From the IMG/VR virus record IMGVR_UViG_3300032320_001447, positions 96,001 through 160,000 of that record: a stretch of 64,000 nucleotides of DNA. One strand, 5' to 3'. Position 1 is the stretch's first letter, and every line of letters starts with the position of its first letter. The notes beneath the pieces were generated by a model. The model was not told the DNA's origin. It saw only the letters and a list, made by a program, of their open reading frames with translations, and did not search any database. The DNA comes from a virus. Taxonomy: Duplodnaviria; Caudoviricetes. This document shows, in pieces, positions 18,779 to 27,156 of this stretch. The translations under genes were made by a program, and so were the position numbers.

Positions 18779-19084
18779 ATGCCAGCAGTACCAGTAGTAC
18801 CATATTCTCTATCCTTTTTGGCCGAATCAACGATTTACCAAAACGAGGTTAGATGTAAAGTTAACGAAAACGATTTTAATTATACACTTAATAGATCTGC
18901 TATTATAGAAGGAACTAGCGGATCTTATATAAATGCTGTAACTGGATCAGAATTTAGGCCTTACGCAACTACCGTGGGTTTATACAACGATGCAGATGAA
19001 TTATTAGTGGTTGGTAAATTATCCACTCCATATCCTATTCCTTCAAATACAGATATGACCTTTATTATTCGTTGGGATAGCTAA
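18779..19084 (+). CDS. Structural protein fragment paralogous to the C-terminus of 7090..8121
   Basis: FNYTLNRS...PYATTVGLYNDADELLVVGKLSTP...IRWD aligns with YNYTSNPS...TYMTTVGLYNTNNDLLAVAKLSKP...VKLDW; has its own ATATTTAT at 18765. Confidence 0.7.
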   Translation: MPAVPVVPYSLSFLAESTIYQNEVRCKVNENDFNYTLNRSAIIEGTSGSYINAVTGSEFRPYATTVGLYNDADELLVVGKLSTPYPIPSNTDMTFIIRWDS

Positions 19085-19106
19085 GATATTTATTAGAAAG
19101 CAGTCT

Positions 19107-19580
19107 ATGTCAAATTGGTTATACGAAGGGAAACAGCTCACTCAACTAAAAGATTTCCCAGATGATGTTGTAGGATTTGTCTACAAAGTCACAAACAATA
19201 AAACTGGCAAATTCTACGTCGGTAAAAAAATCCTTAGAAACGTTCTAACAAAAACGCTAACAAAGAGAGAAATTTCAGAGTGGATTAAACCAGGGCGTAT
19301 TCCAAAGAAAAGAAAGGAAATTAAAGAAAGCAATTGGGCAGACTATTACGGTTCAAGCAAATTGGTAACAGAAGACATTAAAACCTTCGGTAAAGAAGCA
19401 TTCACTAGAGAGATATTAAGAGTTTGCACGACCAAGAAACAGATGAGCTATTGGGAGACTTATTATCAAATGACACTAAAAGTTTTAGAGGTGAATAGCT
19501 ATAACGAGAATATAGCAGGTAAATGGTACCGCAGGGATGTCAATCCAATCACACCCGAGCTCGAGGCCGAAGAGGAATAA
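19107..19580 (+). CDS. GIY-YIG family endonuclease
   Basis: GFVYKVTN..TGKFYVGKK, YYGSS, FTREIL and YNENI motifs. Confidence 0.75.
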   Translation: MSNWLYEGKQLTQLKDFPDDVVGFVYKVTNNKTGKFYVGKKILRNVLTKTLTKREISEWIKPGRIPKKRKEIKESNWADYYGSSKLVTEDIKTFGKEAFTREILRVCTTKKQMSYWETYYQMTLKVLEVNSYNENIAGKWYRRDVNPITPELEAEEE

Positions 19581-19603
19581 GATTTACGATAGAATATTAA
19601 AAC

Positions 19604-19642
19604 AAAATAAAAGGGAGCCCGAATGAGCTCCCTTTCTTATTT
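19604..19642. terminator. Bidirectional intrinsic terminator at the strand switch
   Basis: aaagggagc-ccgaatga-gctcccttt hairpin flanked by A- and T-rich tracts between convergent genes. Confidence 0.8.
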
Positions 19643-19665
19643 ACTAACCGTATGATCCTAATATA

Positions 19666-20094
19666 TTATTTGTTTATCTTTACATGCGTAAATTTTTCCC
19701 ACTCATTAGCCAAAGATGGATCTATTGCTCTAACCGCGGTATTTACTTTGTGTATAAGATCATTTTTTCCCCCAACTTCTGGACTATTAATAGTAATCAC
19801 ATTCGATGAGGTATCCACTTTAATTGGTTCTTTTTGAGATTTGTCTACCTTTACTAAATAATCTGTGCTGCGATTAGATTGTTTATTGAATATTCCTATT
19901 TCTTTATCTAAATGCACTGTTGCAGTTGCACCTTTTCTTAAAGCGTCTTTGAAATCTTGATTTGATTTACGAGCGCCTCCTACTAAAGCAGCTACAGCCA
20001 ATGCAGCACCAATACTAACGTTTTTAAAAATTCCTTCTTCTAAGGCATCTATTTTAGCCTCTGTAAGTATATCGTTTAAATTAATTTGCGCCAT
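19666..20094 (-). CDS. Hypothetical protein, possibly virion/internal
   Basis: Preceded by ATATTTAT; N-terminal ILTE..LEE followed by a hydrophobic Ala-rich segment. Confidence 0.5.
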   Translation of the reverse strand: MAQINLNDILTEAKIDALEEGIFKNVSIGAALAVAALVGGARKSNQDFKDALRKGATATVHLDKEIGIFNKQSNRSTDYLVKVDKSQKEPIKVDTSSNVITINSPEVGGKNDLIHKVNTAVRAIDPSLANEWEKFTHVKINK

Positions 20095-20115
20095 TACAAA
20101 AGTTTTTAATAAATA

Positions 20116-21120
20116 TTAATACATTAAGCTTCTGTGCTGTATTCCCTCTAAAAACTCATCTTGGCCCTCTTTTGCCAAACTAAACGTGTCAGGGAAAATC
20201 CAAGTGTAAGGAATATTCTTGGTCGGCTTCTTTTCACCATGAGAGATTGCGATGTGCTTCCAAAAGAAACATGTCTTATCTTCTATGTTCAGATACTTCT
20301 GGGAAGTCATGGGATTAGATGGGTGATTCACTAACAGATCCATCTGATATAACCATTGCTCCGCCTGTTTGTTCTCTGGCGTGAACACTCCGGCTTCGTT
20401 AATAGTATACTTAACTTTACCGTTTAGGTTCTGACCACCGAATATCTGGTGCAATCCATCGAAGTGACCAGTGCCACCGAATAGAATAGACTCGGGATCT
20501 ACTAAGTGTGGATAGCTCATTGCGATGTATCTTGCAGTGTTCTTACATGGATACAAAGGACTTCTAAAGTTTTGATGCTCTTTAAAGTACTTCTCAAGAA
20601 TCTTTGCAAACTCCATCATTGTGTACTTTCCACGTTTACCATCTTCAACGTCCTGTAAAATGTAAGCCAATTCTTGACCAGCAATTCTAGGTCCGTGTAG
20701 CAACCAACTCTTAACGTCTGTGCCCTTTGGATAATAGATTTGGAATAGATCGTTTCTCGCATGACGATTGTTAACGAAGTGTTCTTTGGTTGCCTCTACA
20801 CCTTCTTTTGCAAGTTTCATAAAGGTTCCCCAATGCTCGTTACTAAAACTAAATACTAGAGTGTAAAACATTCTTAGCTCGTTGTCAGTAACATTATCTC
20901 GCATGTAATAGCAATATGGATGTTCGTGCCAGTGCAAACGATGAGAGAAGATCTGATACTCGTCCTTTAATAAACCGTCTTGTCTTGTGTCGTATTTTTG
21001 GCAGAACTCAAAGAACTTTTCAATGCGTTGCTCTAATGGCCAATCTCGCATCCAAGAGTCCTTTGGTTTCTTGCCTTTGAATTCTACTTCACAAGTGTTT
21101 GGAAATAAAATATCACTCAT
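20116..21120 (-). CDS. Putative DNA base-modification helical protein (aGPT-Pplase1 / 5-hmdU DNA kinase helical-domain-like)
   Basis: FFEFC...DGLL.DEYQIFSHR, ESILFGGTGHFDGL and NIEDKTCFFWKH resemble the DP.L...F.N..R, GPGA..GL and D.E..LCE..KY blocks of that family. Confidence 0.45.
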   Translation of the reverse strand: MSDILFPNTCEVEFKGKKPKDSWMRDWPLEQRIEKFFEFCQKYDTRQDGLLKDEYQIFSHRLHWHEHPYCYYMRDNVTDNELRMFYTLVFSFSNEHWGTFMKLAKEGVEATKEHFVNNRHARNDLFQIYYPKGTDVKSWLLHGPRIAGQELAYILQDVEDGKRGKYTMMEFAKILEKYFKEHQNFRSPLYPCKNTARYIAMSYPHLVDPESILFGGTGHFDGLHQIFGGQNLNGKVKYTINEAGVFTPENKQAEQWLYQMDLLVNHPSNPMTSQKYLNIEDKTCFFWKHIAISHGEKKPTKNIPYTWIFPDTFSLAKEGQDEFLEGIQHRSLMY

Positions 21121-21617
21121 TATTTTGTTAATTTTTTTCTAAAAATAGATGTGCCGTGTTCTAAGATATTTTTTTCTTCCTCATTAGTTATCTTAAAAAT
21201 CTTCTTAATATAAGCAGGATTTCTTGGAATAACTAAAGACAATTTTTTCTCTGGGTTAAAAGAGCCTTCTAATACTTTTGTCATGCATTGTTTAGGATCT
21301 ACTTCTAATACGTAACCATCATATTCGTGTGGTACTCTAGAAGGTAGAGATAAAATTAAAAACTTATCGCACTTGAATATGTTGTTTATATTCTGTGTGG
21401 TTTTACCCTCGTTGATTGCCCAACAATCGAATTTAACAAATGGAGTAATTGCTTTTACTTGCACCGTAGCTCCGTCTATTTTCATGTCCCAATAACCGAA
21501 TTCGTCTGTGTTAATTTCTACTTGGTGTTTTTTTGAATAGTGATTGTACACTATTTTTTCTGCGATATTGCCCGTTGCTTTTATTTTAAAGGCATCGCGT
21601 TGTGTTGTTTGTTTCAT
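21120..21617 (-). CDS. PD-(D/E)XK-like nuclease
   Basis: GNIAEKIV...YWDMKIDGATVQVKA (E...D...QxK arrangement). Confidence 0.5.
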   Translation of the reverse strand: MKQTTQRDAFKIKATGNIAEKIVYNHYSKKHQVEINTDEFGYWDMKIDGATVQVKAITPFVKFDCWAINEGKTTQNINNIFKCDKFLILSLPSRVPHEYDGYVLEVDPKQCMTKVLEGSFNPEKKLSLVIPRNPAYIKKIFKITNEEEKNILEHGTSIFRKKLTK

Positions 21618-22783
21618 TTATAATGTTCTTGTACCCTTTCCTTGTATTGTTCTTCTGTTATAAGAAGTGATTTAAGTACCTTGTCATCGGAAGGGTGTTC
21701 TGTAATACCGTTAAAACTTGGGACAAGTCCAAGATCTAACATTGCTTTTTGACGACCGTATGGATGGTCTTTAATACTGCTGCTGTTCCATACATGATCG
21801 AAATCTAAGTGATCGTAGTCTGCGCCTGGTTTTACGTAGTTCTCAATCCATCTAATTGAGTCACACGCAACGTCCTCTGCGTTGTACGGAAAACTACCAG
21901 TGTCGTCGTATATCTTCATCATTACTGAATCCAAAAATACTTCTTCTTGCATTTTCGTAGACTTCTTTGCTAAATAGCTAACGCACTCCTTTGCATTCGT
22001 ACCGTAATAGAATGGACTTTCACGGTTAACAAATTCAGGGAACCAGTCTGCTATGTCAGCAATAAATGCAGCGTACTGAAATCTAAAAGCTCTAAGTCCT
22101 CTGTCTGTGTTCCACTTAAACATAAAGTCTCCTACTTCTCTCAAGTTTTTCTTTCCTCCAGTTTCTAAGAAGGTAGCTACGTCTTCTGCTAACTGAGGAA
22201 CGAATTCGCAAAGGAAATAATCTCCTCCACGTTTGTAATCTCCTTGAGGTTTAGGGAAACTTGGGAACTGATAACCTACCGATGTGTAAAATGGTTTAGT
22301 TGCTCCTTTTATGATGTCGATTAGCTGAGGTATATTGTCAGCTTGATGCATCTCGAACAAGAGTGTGTTGTGATACCCTGAGGGTTTCATCGAGTAGTTA
22401 ATAGCGGACCCTGTTAATCTGTGAAACAAGAACAAATAGATCCACTCTCTTAAACCGAACACGTCGCGCTTACCTGTCCAATTTTTAGAAACTGTTTCTC
22501 TCTGTTTTGTCATGTGACCTTGAGTCATTTTATTCCAGTAAGGGTGATCTTCGGAAAAACCGTAAAACACATCGTTAACTATCTGTGAGAATCCTGCGTA
22601 CTTTCTTTCAACCACGTCGTATAGTTCAACGTGTTTCATTAATTCGTCAGGTACAGAACTGTCTGCATGTTTTATAATTCCTAAGTTACACTCTTCTTGT
22701 TGTGTTTTAGCCATTTGGTAATAGCGTAAAAATTCTTCGTAATACGGTGTGGTTGTAATCCACTTCGGGCTTGCTGTAATCAT
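21614..22783 (-). CDS. Putative DNA base-modification helical protein, paralog of 20116..21120
   Basis: DELMKHVELYDVVERKY, FQYAAFIADIA...RESPFYYGTNA and YNAEDVACDSIRW align with the motif blocks of the neighbouring gene. Confidence 0.45.
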   Translation of the reverse strand: MITASPKWITTTPYYEEFLRYYQMAKTQQEECNLGIIKHADSSVPDELMKHVELYDVVERKYAGFSQIVNDVFYGFSEDHPYWNKMTQGHMTKQRETVSKNWTGKRDVFGLREWIYLFLFHRLTGSAINYSMKPSGYHNTLLFEMHQADNIPQLIDIIKGATKPFYTSVGYQFPSFPKPQGDYKRGGDYFLCEFVPQLAEDVATFLETGGKKNLREVGDFMFKWNTDRGLRAFRFQYAAFIADIADWFPEFVNRESPFYYGTNAKECVSYLAKKSTKMQEEVFLDSVMMKIYDDTGSFPYNAEDVACDSIRWIENYVKPGADYDHLDFDHVWNSSSIKDHPYGRQKAMLDLGLVPSFNGITEHPSDDKVLKSLLITEEQYKERVQEHYK

Positions 22784-22786
22784 ATT

Positions 22787-23566
22787 TTAATTTTGTGCTT
22801 CTAATTGTCTTCTTGCTTCCATTCTTTTTTGCATCGCGTCTACGTGTATGCTGTAGTAAGACTCATCGGTATCCAACCAATGCTCTTCGTCTACCCACTC
22901 TTCTCTACCGAATCCGATGCCTGCTATTTTAAGATGCACAGCGCCTTCGCGTTTCAATGCAATGCGTTTAGTTTTCTCAATCGCTTCGTTTTGAGTTCTT
23001 GCCATAACACAACAAACATAATCTTGTAATCGATTCCAATTAGGTTGCTCTTCTCTTGAATTAGTGTAGTGCGCGTAATAAACAGTTGTGGGTTTTGGTG
23101 TACCTTCTTCTCTTAGTACCCTTTCTTTTTCAGTTCTTGCCCACTCGACGTAGAAGTTTAGTACGTGGTCCTCAGGATCAACTTCGTCGTACTCGTTACG
23201 CTGAAATATTCTCCAAGAATCTATTGCATACTTACCAACTCCTTTAAGTCCAATTAGTTTGTGAGTAGGAATATAGATAGGATTACCATACTCTTGTACT
23301 AACTCCAACCACTCATAAGAGAACTGTTTCCAAGCTTTTACTCTTTTGTTGTAAAAACCTAAAGGCTTGATTATCTCTATGACCTCTGCGTCCGGACAAT
23401 CGATTAGACGTTCTGCTGTACCGCATTTGTTAAAGAAGTGTTCTCTAACTTCGTCTACTTGTCTGTGGTGGGTTTGGTTTAGCATGAAACAGACCATTAA
23501 CATTTTCCATGGGTCGTCTCTGTACTCTTCCTGTCTAGTAAGGTAGGGTGATGTTTGTAATCTCAT
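22787..23566 (-). CDS. HhH-GPD DNA glycosylase, MBD4-like, with C-terminal extension
   Basis: QEEYRDDPWKMLMVCFMLNQT, IKPLGFYNKR, LKGVGKYAIDSWRIF and VDPEDHVLNFY are typical MBD4 glycosylase motifs; ATG at 23566 follows AATAAAAGTT. Confidence 0.8.
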   Translation of the reverse strand: MRLQTSPYLTRQEEYRDDPWKMLMVCFMLNQTHHRQVDEVREHFFNKCGTAERLIDCPDAEVIEIIKPLGFYNKRVKAWKQFSYEWLELVQEYGNPIYIPTHKLIGLKGVGKYAIDSWRIFQRNEYDEVDPEDHVLNFYVEWARTEKERVLREEGTPKPTTVYYAHYTNSREEQPNWNRLQDYVCCVMARTQNEAIEKTKRIALKREGAVHLKIAGIGFGREEWVDEEHWLDTDESYYSIHVDAMQKRMEARRQLEAQN

Positions 23567-23581
23567 AACTTTTATTGTAAT

Positions 23582-23589
23582 CAAATATA
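23582..23589 (-). promoter_or_regulatory. Bacteroidota-type -7 promoter box TATATTTG
   Basis: Exact TAnnTTTG match 15 nt upstream of the 23566 ATG; the same box occurs at 31786-31793. Confidence 0.5.
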
Positions 23590-23630
23590 CGAAAAATATC
23601 TCAATTCTATTCGTTAAAGTTCCTAGTAAC

Positions 23631-23657
23631 AAAGAAAAAGGGTCTAAGCCCTTTTCT
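23631..23657 (-). terminator. Intrinsic terminator
   Basis: Minus strand AAAAGGG-CTTAGA-CCCTTTTTCTTT. Confidence 0.65.
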
Positions 23658-23826
23658 ATAATAATTCATATGTTACACCGAGTTCTTTTAGCTTTAGTTT
23701 TGCCTCTTCGAACTGAGTAGCCTCTTCGAAACAGAGTGCTCTTTTTGTTGGTCTGAATGCTACTAGTTTTATTTCTTCACATTCAATCGCTTGTTCGTCC
23801 ATCTCTTCTACTATCAAAACTTGCAT
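23656..23826 (-). CDS. Small acidic hypothetical protein (56 aa; not in ORF track)
   Basis: MQVLIVEEMDEQ...GVTYELL*; AAGTTATG start context. Confidence 0.55.
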   Translation of the reverse strand: MQVLIVEEMDEQAIECEEIKLVAFRPTKRALCFEEATQFEEAKLKLKELGVTYELL

Positions 23827-23844
23827 AACTTACTTGTTTTTATA

Positions 23845-25086
23845 TTAGAAATTTCTCTTAGCTGCGATCGTATCTTTAACGAACTGCAAAATCTCTCTGT
23901 AGTCGAATCCGTCAGCCATTAAGCTTTCGATACCTGCTTTTATTCTATCTCCACCTAAACTCATCATTCTATCGTCGTCGCTCATATCCATGTCATCATC
24001 GCCTCTAGTAATCTTATCGATACCAGTTTTGATAGAACCGAATGGATCTTCGTCTTCGTTTTGAATCATGTGTTCAGGCTCTGAGTAATCTATAGAAATA
24101 TCATCATTAAAATCGTGATTGATTTGTGTGCCATGATCTTCAGCTATTTCTTCAGCAGGTGTAAGCATTTTTTCTAACGTATTGAATATCTTTGCCATTA
24201 AAGCCAAATAGCCTTCTTTTGTTTTCCAAAGATCTGTACCAGCTGCAACTACTTTTTGTAGCTTTGGTTCGTCCAAAAATCCTTCTTCTGATTCGTGAAC
24301 TTCAACTGCGATACCGTCAACTCCTTCCCAACCTGGTGTAGCGTATATGATTGCGTTAGGGTATTTTTCGCTAGTCCAAGAGATTGATCCAGCTTGTTGT
24401 TCGATATCCGATTTCCAGTTACCGACTTCTTTACCTACTAAATCTTTTTCCCAATCCATTCTATCTGCTTTACCGTTCCAATCTGCAGTATCAGATCCAG
24501 CAAAGATATCGTCTTCAGCTTCTTTCATGTGTGGAGCCTTATAAGCCGCAGCTTTAGCACCAGTCACAGTTTTCTTGTCGTGATCTTTCTTGCTCATCTT
24601 GTCCAACATATCGCTTGAACGATGACGAGCCAGATTAGTGCGAGTGTTAGCGTGAGCCATTTTACCAGCATCGCCGATAGATTTAACGTCGCCTTTCTCT
24701 TCTAAACCGTTGTCTTCGTTCCAACCAATTTGATATCCGTTCTTTTCAATTACTTTTCTTGCTTTCTTTTCGTCTTTAGTGTACACTTCTGCCTCTTCTC
24801 CCACTTGATTGGCTTTAACTTTAGCTTTTACGCCAGCTTTGTCAAGTAAATATTGAAAGTGCTCTGCTTCCTCTTCGATATCATAAGCATCAGGACAAGG
24901 AATAACGAAAGCTAATTGCTTTTTACCCTCTTCCATTTCTTCTGTTTCTTCAACAGCTTCCTCTTTGATAACGTTGAAATCGCCCAACGCTTGGTTAATG
25001 TCTTGATACCACATTTCGTTCAGCTGTTGGTAAGATCCAACTTGATTCTGTTTCATGTAGTCTTTTAAGTCGAAGTTATTCTTCAT
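23845..25086 (-). CDS. Acidic hypothetical protein, possible internal head protein
   Basis: ATATTTAT upstream; MKNNFDLKDY...LNE N-terminus; many hydrophobic-x-E sites. Confidence 0.5.
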   Translation of the reverse strand: MKNNFDLKDYMKQNQVGSYQQLNEMWYQDINQALGDFNVIKEEAVEETEEMEEGKKQLAFVIPCPDAYDIEEEAEHFQYLLDKAGVKAKVKANQVGEEAEVYTKDEKKARKVIEKNGYQIGWNEDNGLEEKGDVKSIGDAGKMAHANTRTNLARHRSSDMLDKMSKKDHDKKTVTGAKAAAYKAPHMKEAEDDIFAGSDTADWNGKADRMDWEKDLVGKEVGNWKSDIEQQAGSISWTSEKYPNAIIYATPGWEGVDGIAVEVHESEEGFLDEPKLQKVVAAGTDLWKTKEGYLALMAKIFNTLEKMLTPAEEIAEDHGTQINHDFNDDISIDYSEPEHMIQNEDEDPFGSIKTGIDKITRGDDDMDMSDDDRMMSLGGDRIKAGIESLMADGFDYREILQFVKDTIAAKRNF

Positions 25087-25196
25087 GTAATGTTGTTTAA
25101 TTATACGTTAATAAATATCGAGCCATATCATTTAGAAAACGCGCCATCGTCCCCGATAAGCAGTAAATATAGAAATAGAAAATTATGACTAATCCG

Positions 25197-25412
25197 CTAA
25201 AGAGGACCTACTGTAGTACGACTTCGGTACGTGGGAGCCTCGTATGTTACCATGGCTTGATGGTAAATGGTTTGTTGGAACTGCCCATTGGATTGGAAAT
25301 TGGCCGCCATACCACCCAAGGGTTGCCAGCCCTCCTTGATCATGCGGTTAATTTGATCCACGAATGCCTGCTCGCTGTTTGCGTACACGACCTCGTAACG
25401 TTGTATTTTCAT
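25197..25412 (-). CDS. DUF1737-like small protein
   Basis: YEVV...IN.MIKEGWQPLGG...YHQAMV. Confidence 0.7.
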   Translation of the reverse strand: MKIQRYEVVYANSEQAFVDQINRMIKEGWQPLGGMAANFQSNGQFQQTIYHQAMVTYEAPTYRSRTTVGPL

Positions 25413-25422
25413 ATTTGTAAGT

Positions 25423-25893
25423 TTAAATTTCGTAGGCCTCGGCGACCTCTTTTATGGTTGCGATTGCCAATTCGGTAGTACACTCGAAACCTTCTCGCTT
25501 CCGGTTAACGCGTTTACCGAACAGTTCTAGCTTCTCGTGCACTGCTCGCTCAATGGCTTTAGCGTTAACGCACTTGTGTTTGTATACCGAGAACCAAGGA
25601 GTAATAACTCCCGTTGCTGCATTGATCTCACGGGTGCGTTGATCTACTGTAGTAGTTGTCATACCAATCTTGCAAACTCCCGGTGTGCCCTTGTTCACCA
25701 AAACGTAAACCCATTGCGGCTTTCTAACGCTACCAGTTGGATCGAGTATGGCCTCACCAAAGTAAGTCACGTCCTCCCAACCTTCCTCGGTAGGAGTGCA
25801 GGTAAATGCTTTGGCCTTTTGTAAAGCGTACTTGTCGTTCTCTACATCCAAAGGCACGTAGAACCTGGACTGTTCTGAAGTAATGCGTTTCAT
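25423..25893 (-). CDS. T5orf172/MUG113-type GIY-YIG domain protein
   Basis: WVYVLVN...CKIGMT...R.REI...TGV..P...ERAVH.KL...RVN.KREGF. Confidence 0.8.
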   Translation of the reverse strand: MKRITSEQSRFYVPLDVENDKYALQKAKAFTCTPTEEGWEDVTYFGEAILDPTGSVRKPQWVYVLVNKGTPGVCKIGMTTTTVDQRTREINAATGVITPWFSVYKHKCVNAKAIERAVHEKLELFGKRVNRKREGFECTTELAIATIKEVAEAYEI

Positions 25894-25989
25894 ATTAGTA
25901 GCGTGATTTGTATTTGATTGTTTCATTGAGTTGCTCTATTGCCCTGTGAATGTCCTGGAGTACTTGTAGCAAGGGTGAACTTTCGTCCG

Positions 25990-26169
25990 TTACTTGATCC
26001 AATCCTCGTAGGCCCAAATGTAGGCCTCCACCTTGTCGTCTGCCGTTTGCTCCTCTAGGTACTGCTTGGCGTCCCGATCCACTTCCCATCTTAGGCCCCA
26101 CGAGTCCGCTTCCACTAGAATCATTTCGATCATTAGTTGGTCCTCCTTGCTGGTTGGTTGGTTGCTCAT
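25990..26169 (-). CDS. Small hypothetical protein (59 aa; alternative frame to track ORF 25895..26173)
   Basis: MSNQPTSKEDQLMIEMILVEADSWGLRWEV...AYIWAYEDWIK*; protein-like composition and in tandem with 26176..26340. Confidence 0.55.
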   Translation of the reverse strand: MSNQPTSKEDQLMIEMILVEADSWGLRWEVDRDAKQYLEEQTADDKVEAYIWAYEDWIK

Positions 26170-26175
26170 GCATGA

Positions 26176-26340
26176 TTAGCTTTGGTTTGAGTTTTCAGAT
26201 AAGTACACATACAGAAACAGTGTGCCGATGGTGAACTCGTTTAGAGAGTGCGTGAACTCTCCACGTAATAGGTTAAACAGGCACAACAAATAGTTTGCTA
26301 CGATTAAAAAGAGCGTGATGTACTTTAAAGCTTTTTTCAT
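26176..26340 (-). CDS. Small membrane protein (54 aa)
   Basis: MKKALKYITLFLIVANYLLCLFNLL...; hydrophobic. Confidence 0.5.
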   Translation of the reverse strand: MKKALKYITLFLIVANYLLCLFNLLRGEFTHSLNEFTIGTLFLYVYLSENSNQS

Positions 26341-26550
26341 AAATTTAGATTTAATTTTTGGGGTAATTACTAAAATTGGGAATTCTCATGGGTCTCGTCC
26401 ATGGTGCGTTCTTTGATTTTCTGCAGCCTGAATTCAATAGCCTTTAGACTCTGCTCGCACTCATGGATACGCCTTAAGGTGTCCTGTCTGGACGATGCCT
26501 TATTCATGGCACTAATGTTGGTCATAAGATCTATTAGCAGGTCTAACATA

Positions 26551-26721
26551 TTACTTGGTCTTTTTTACCATGGTTTGGATGTATCTGATACCGTTACTGT
26601 CTGTGTGGATAAGCATTGAAGTGTTTGTGATCACATAGTTGAAAGCCATACGATCGTTCACCTTCTTTTCCAATTCTGAGATTGTGTTTGCTTCTACTAC
26701 CACGAAATTTAATTCTGCCAT
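26551..26721 (-). CDS. Small protein, divergent DUF1737-like
   Basis: FVVVEANTISELEKKVN...YIQTMVK resembles 25197..25412. Confidence 0.45.
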   Translation of the reverse strand: MAELNFVVVEANTISELEKKVNDRMAFNYVITNTSMLIHTDSNGIRYIQTMVKKTK

Positions 26722-26722
26722 T

Positions 26723-26962
26723 TTATTTTAATTGTTTGTAAGTTTGTTTATAGTACTCGTCATTAGGATTAGGCTCTTGAACTCCATCCCCGTATCCCTG
26801 AGAATATGCCTCTTCTATTTGCTCTTTTTCTTTTTCAAGTGCTTTATTAGCTTTTACTCTTGCAGCTACTAATCCTTCTGCAAAATCAGTTGAATCATTA
26901 CCTTTTAATCCTTCAATAGCTATATCAAGCCATTCAATTAATTCTTGCATTGCTGTTTTCAT
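26723..26962 (-). CDS. Small phage hypothetical protein
   Basis: MKTAMQELIE...EKEQIEEAY..G...YY.QTY pattern, recurrent in phage mini-genes. Confidence 0.6.
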   Translation of the reverse strand: MKTAMQELIEWLDIAIEGLKGNDSTDFAEGLVAARVKANKALEKEKEQIEEAYSQGYGDGVQEPNPNDEYYKQTYKQLK

Positions 26963-27156
26963 AATGTATATTTGTATTTACTCTTTTAAGTTTACCAAAA
27001 CCGGGGAATTCTCGGTGACGGACTAAGGGACCAGGGGCCCCCTAGCAGTTCGCTGCCTCCGATAACCATGACATTGGCGGGACGCTAGTTGGTCGCTAGC
27101 GTTCGAATATTTCCACTAGCGACCGACTTGCAATCCTGTCGGTAAGACGACCGGCC

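Noticed and set aside
25895-26173. Track ORF of 92 aa (MHEQPTNQQGG...)
   Set aside because: The composition looks off-frame; the overlapping frame 25990..26169 is more protein-like.
27080-27135. Possible tRNA (GTTCGAAT T-loop-like word)
   Set aside because: No T-stem pairing or cloverleaf can be drawn.
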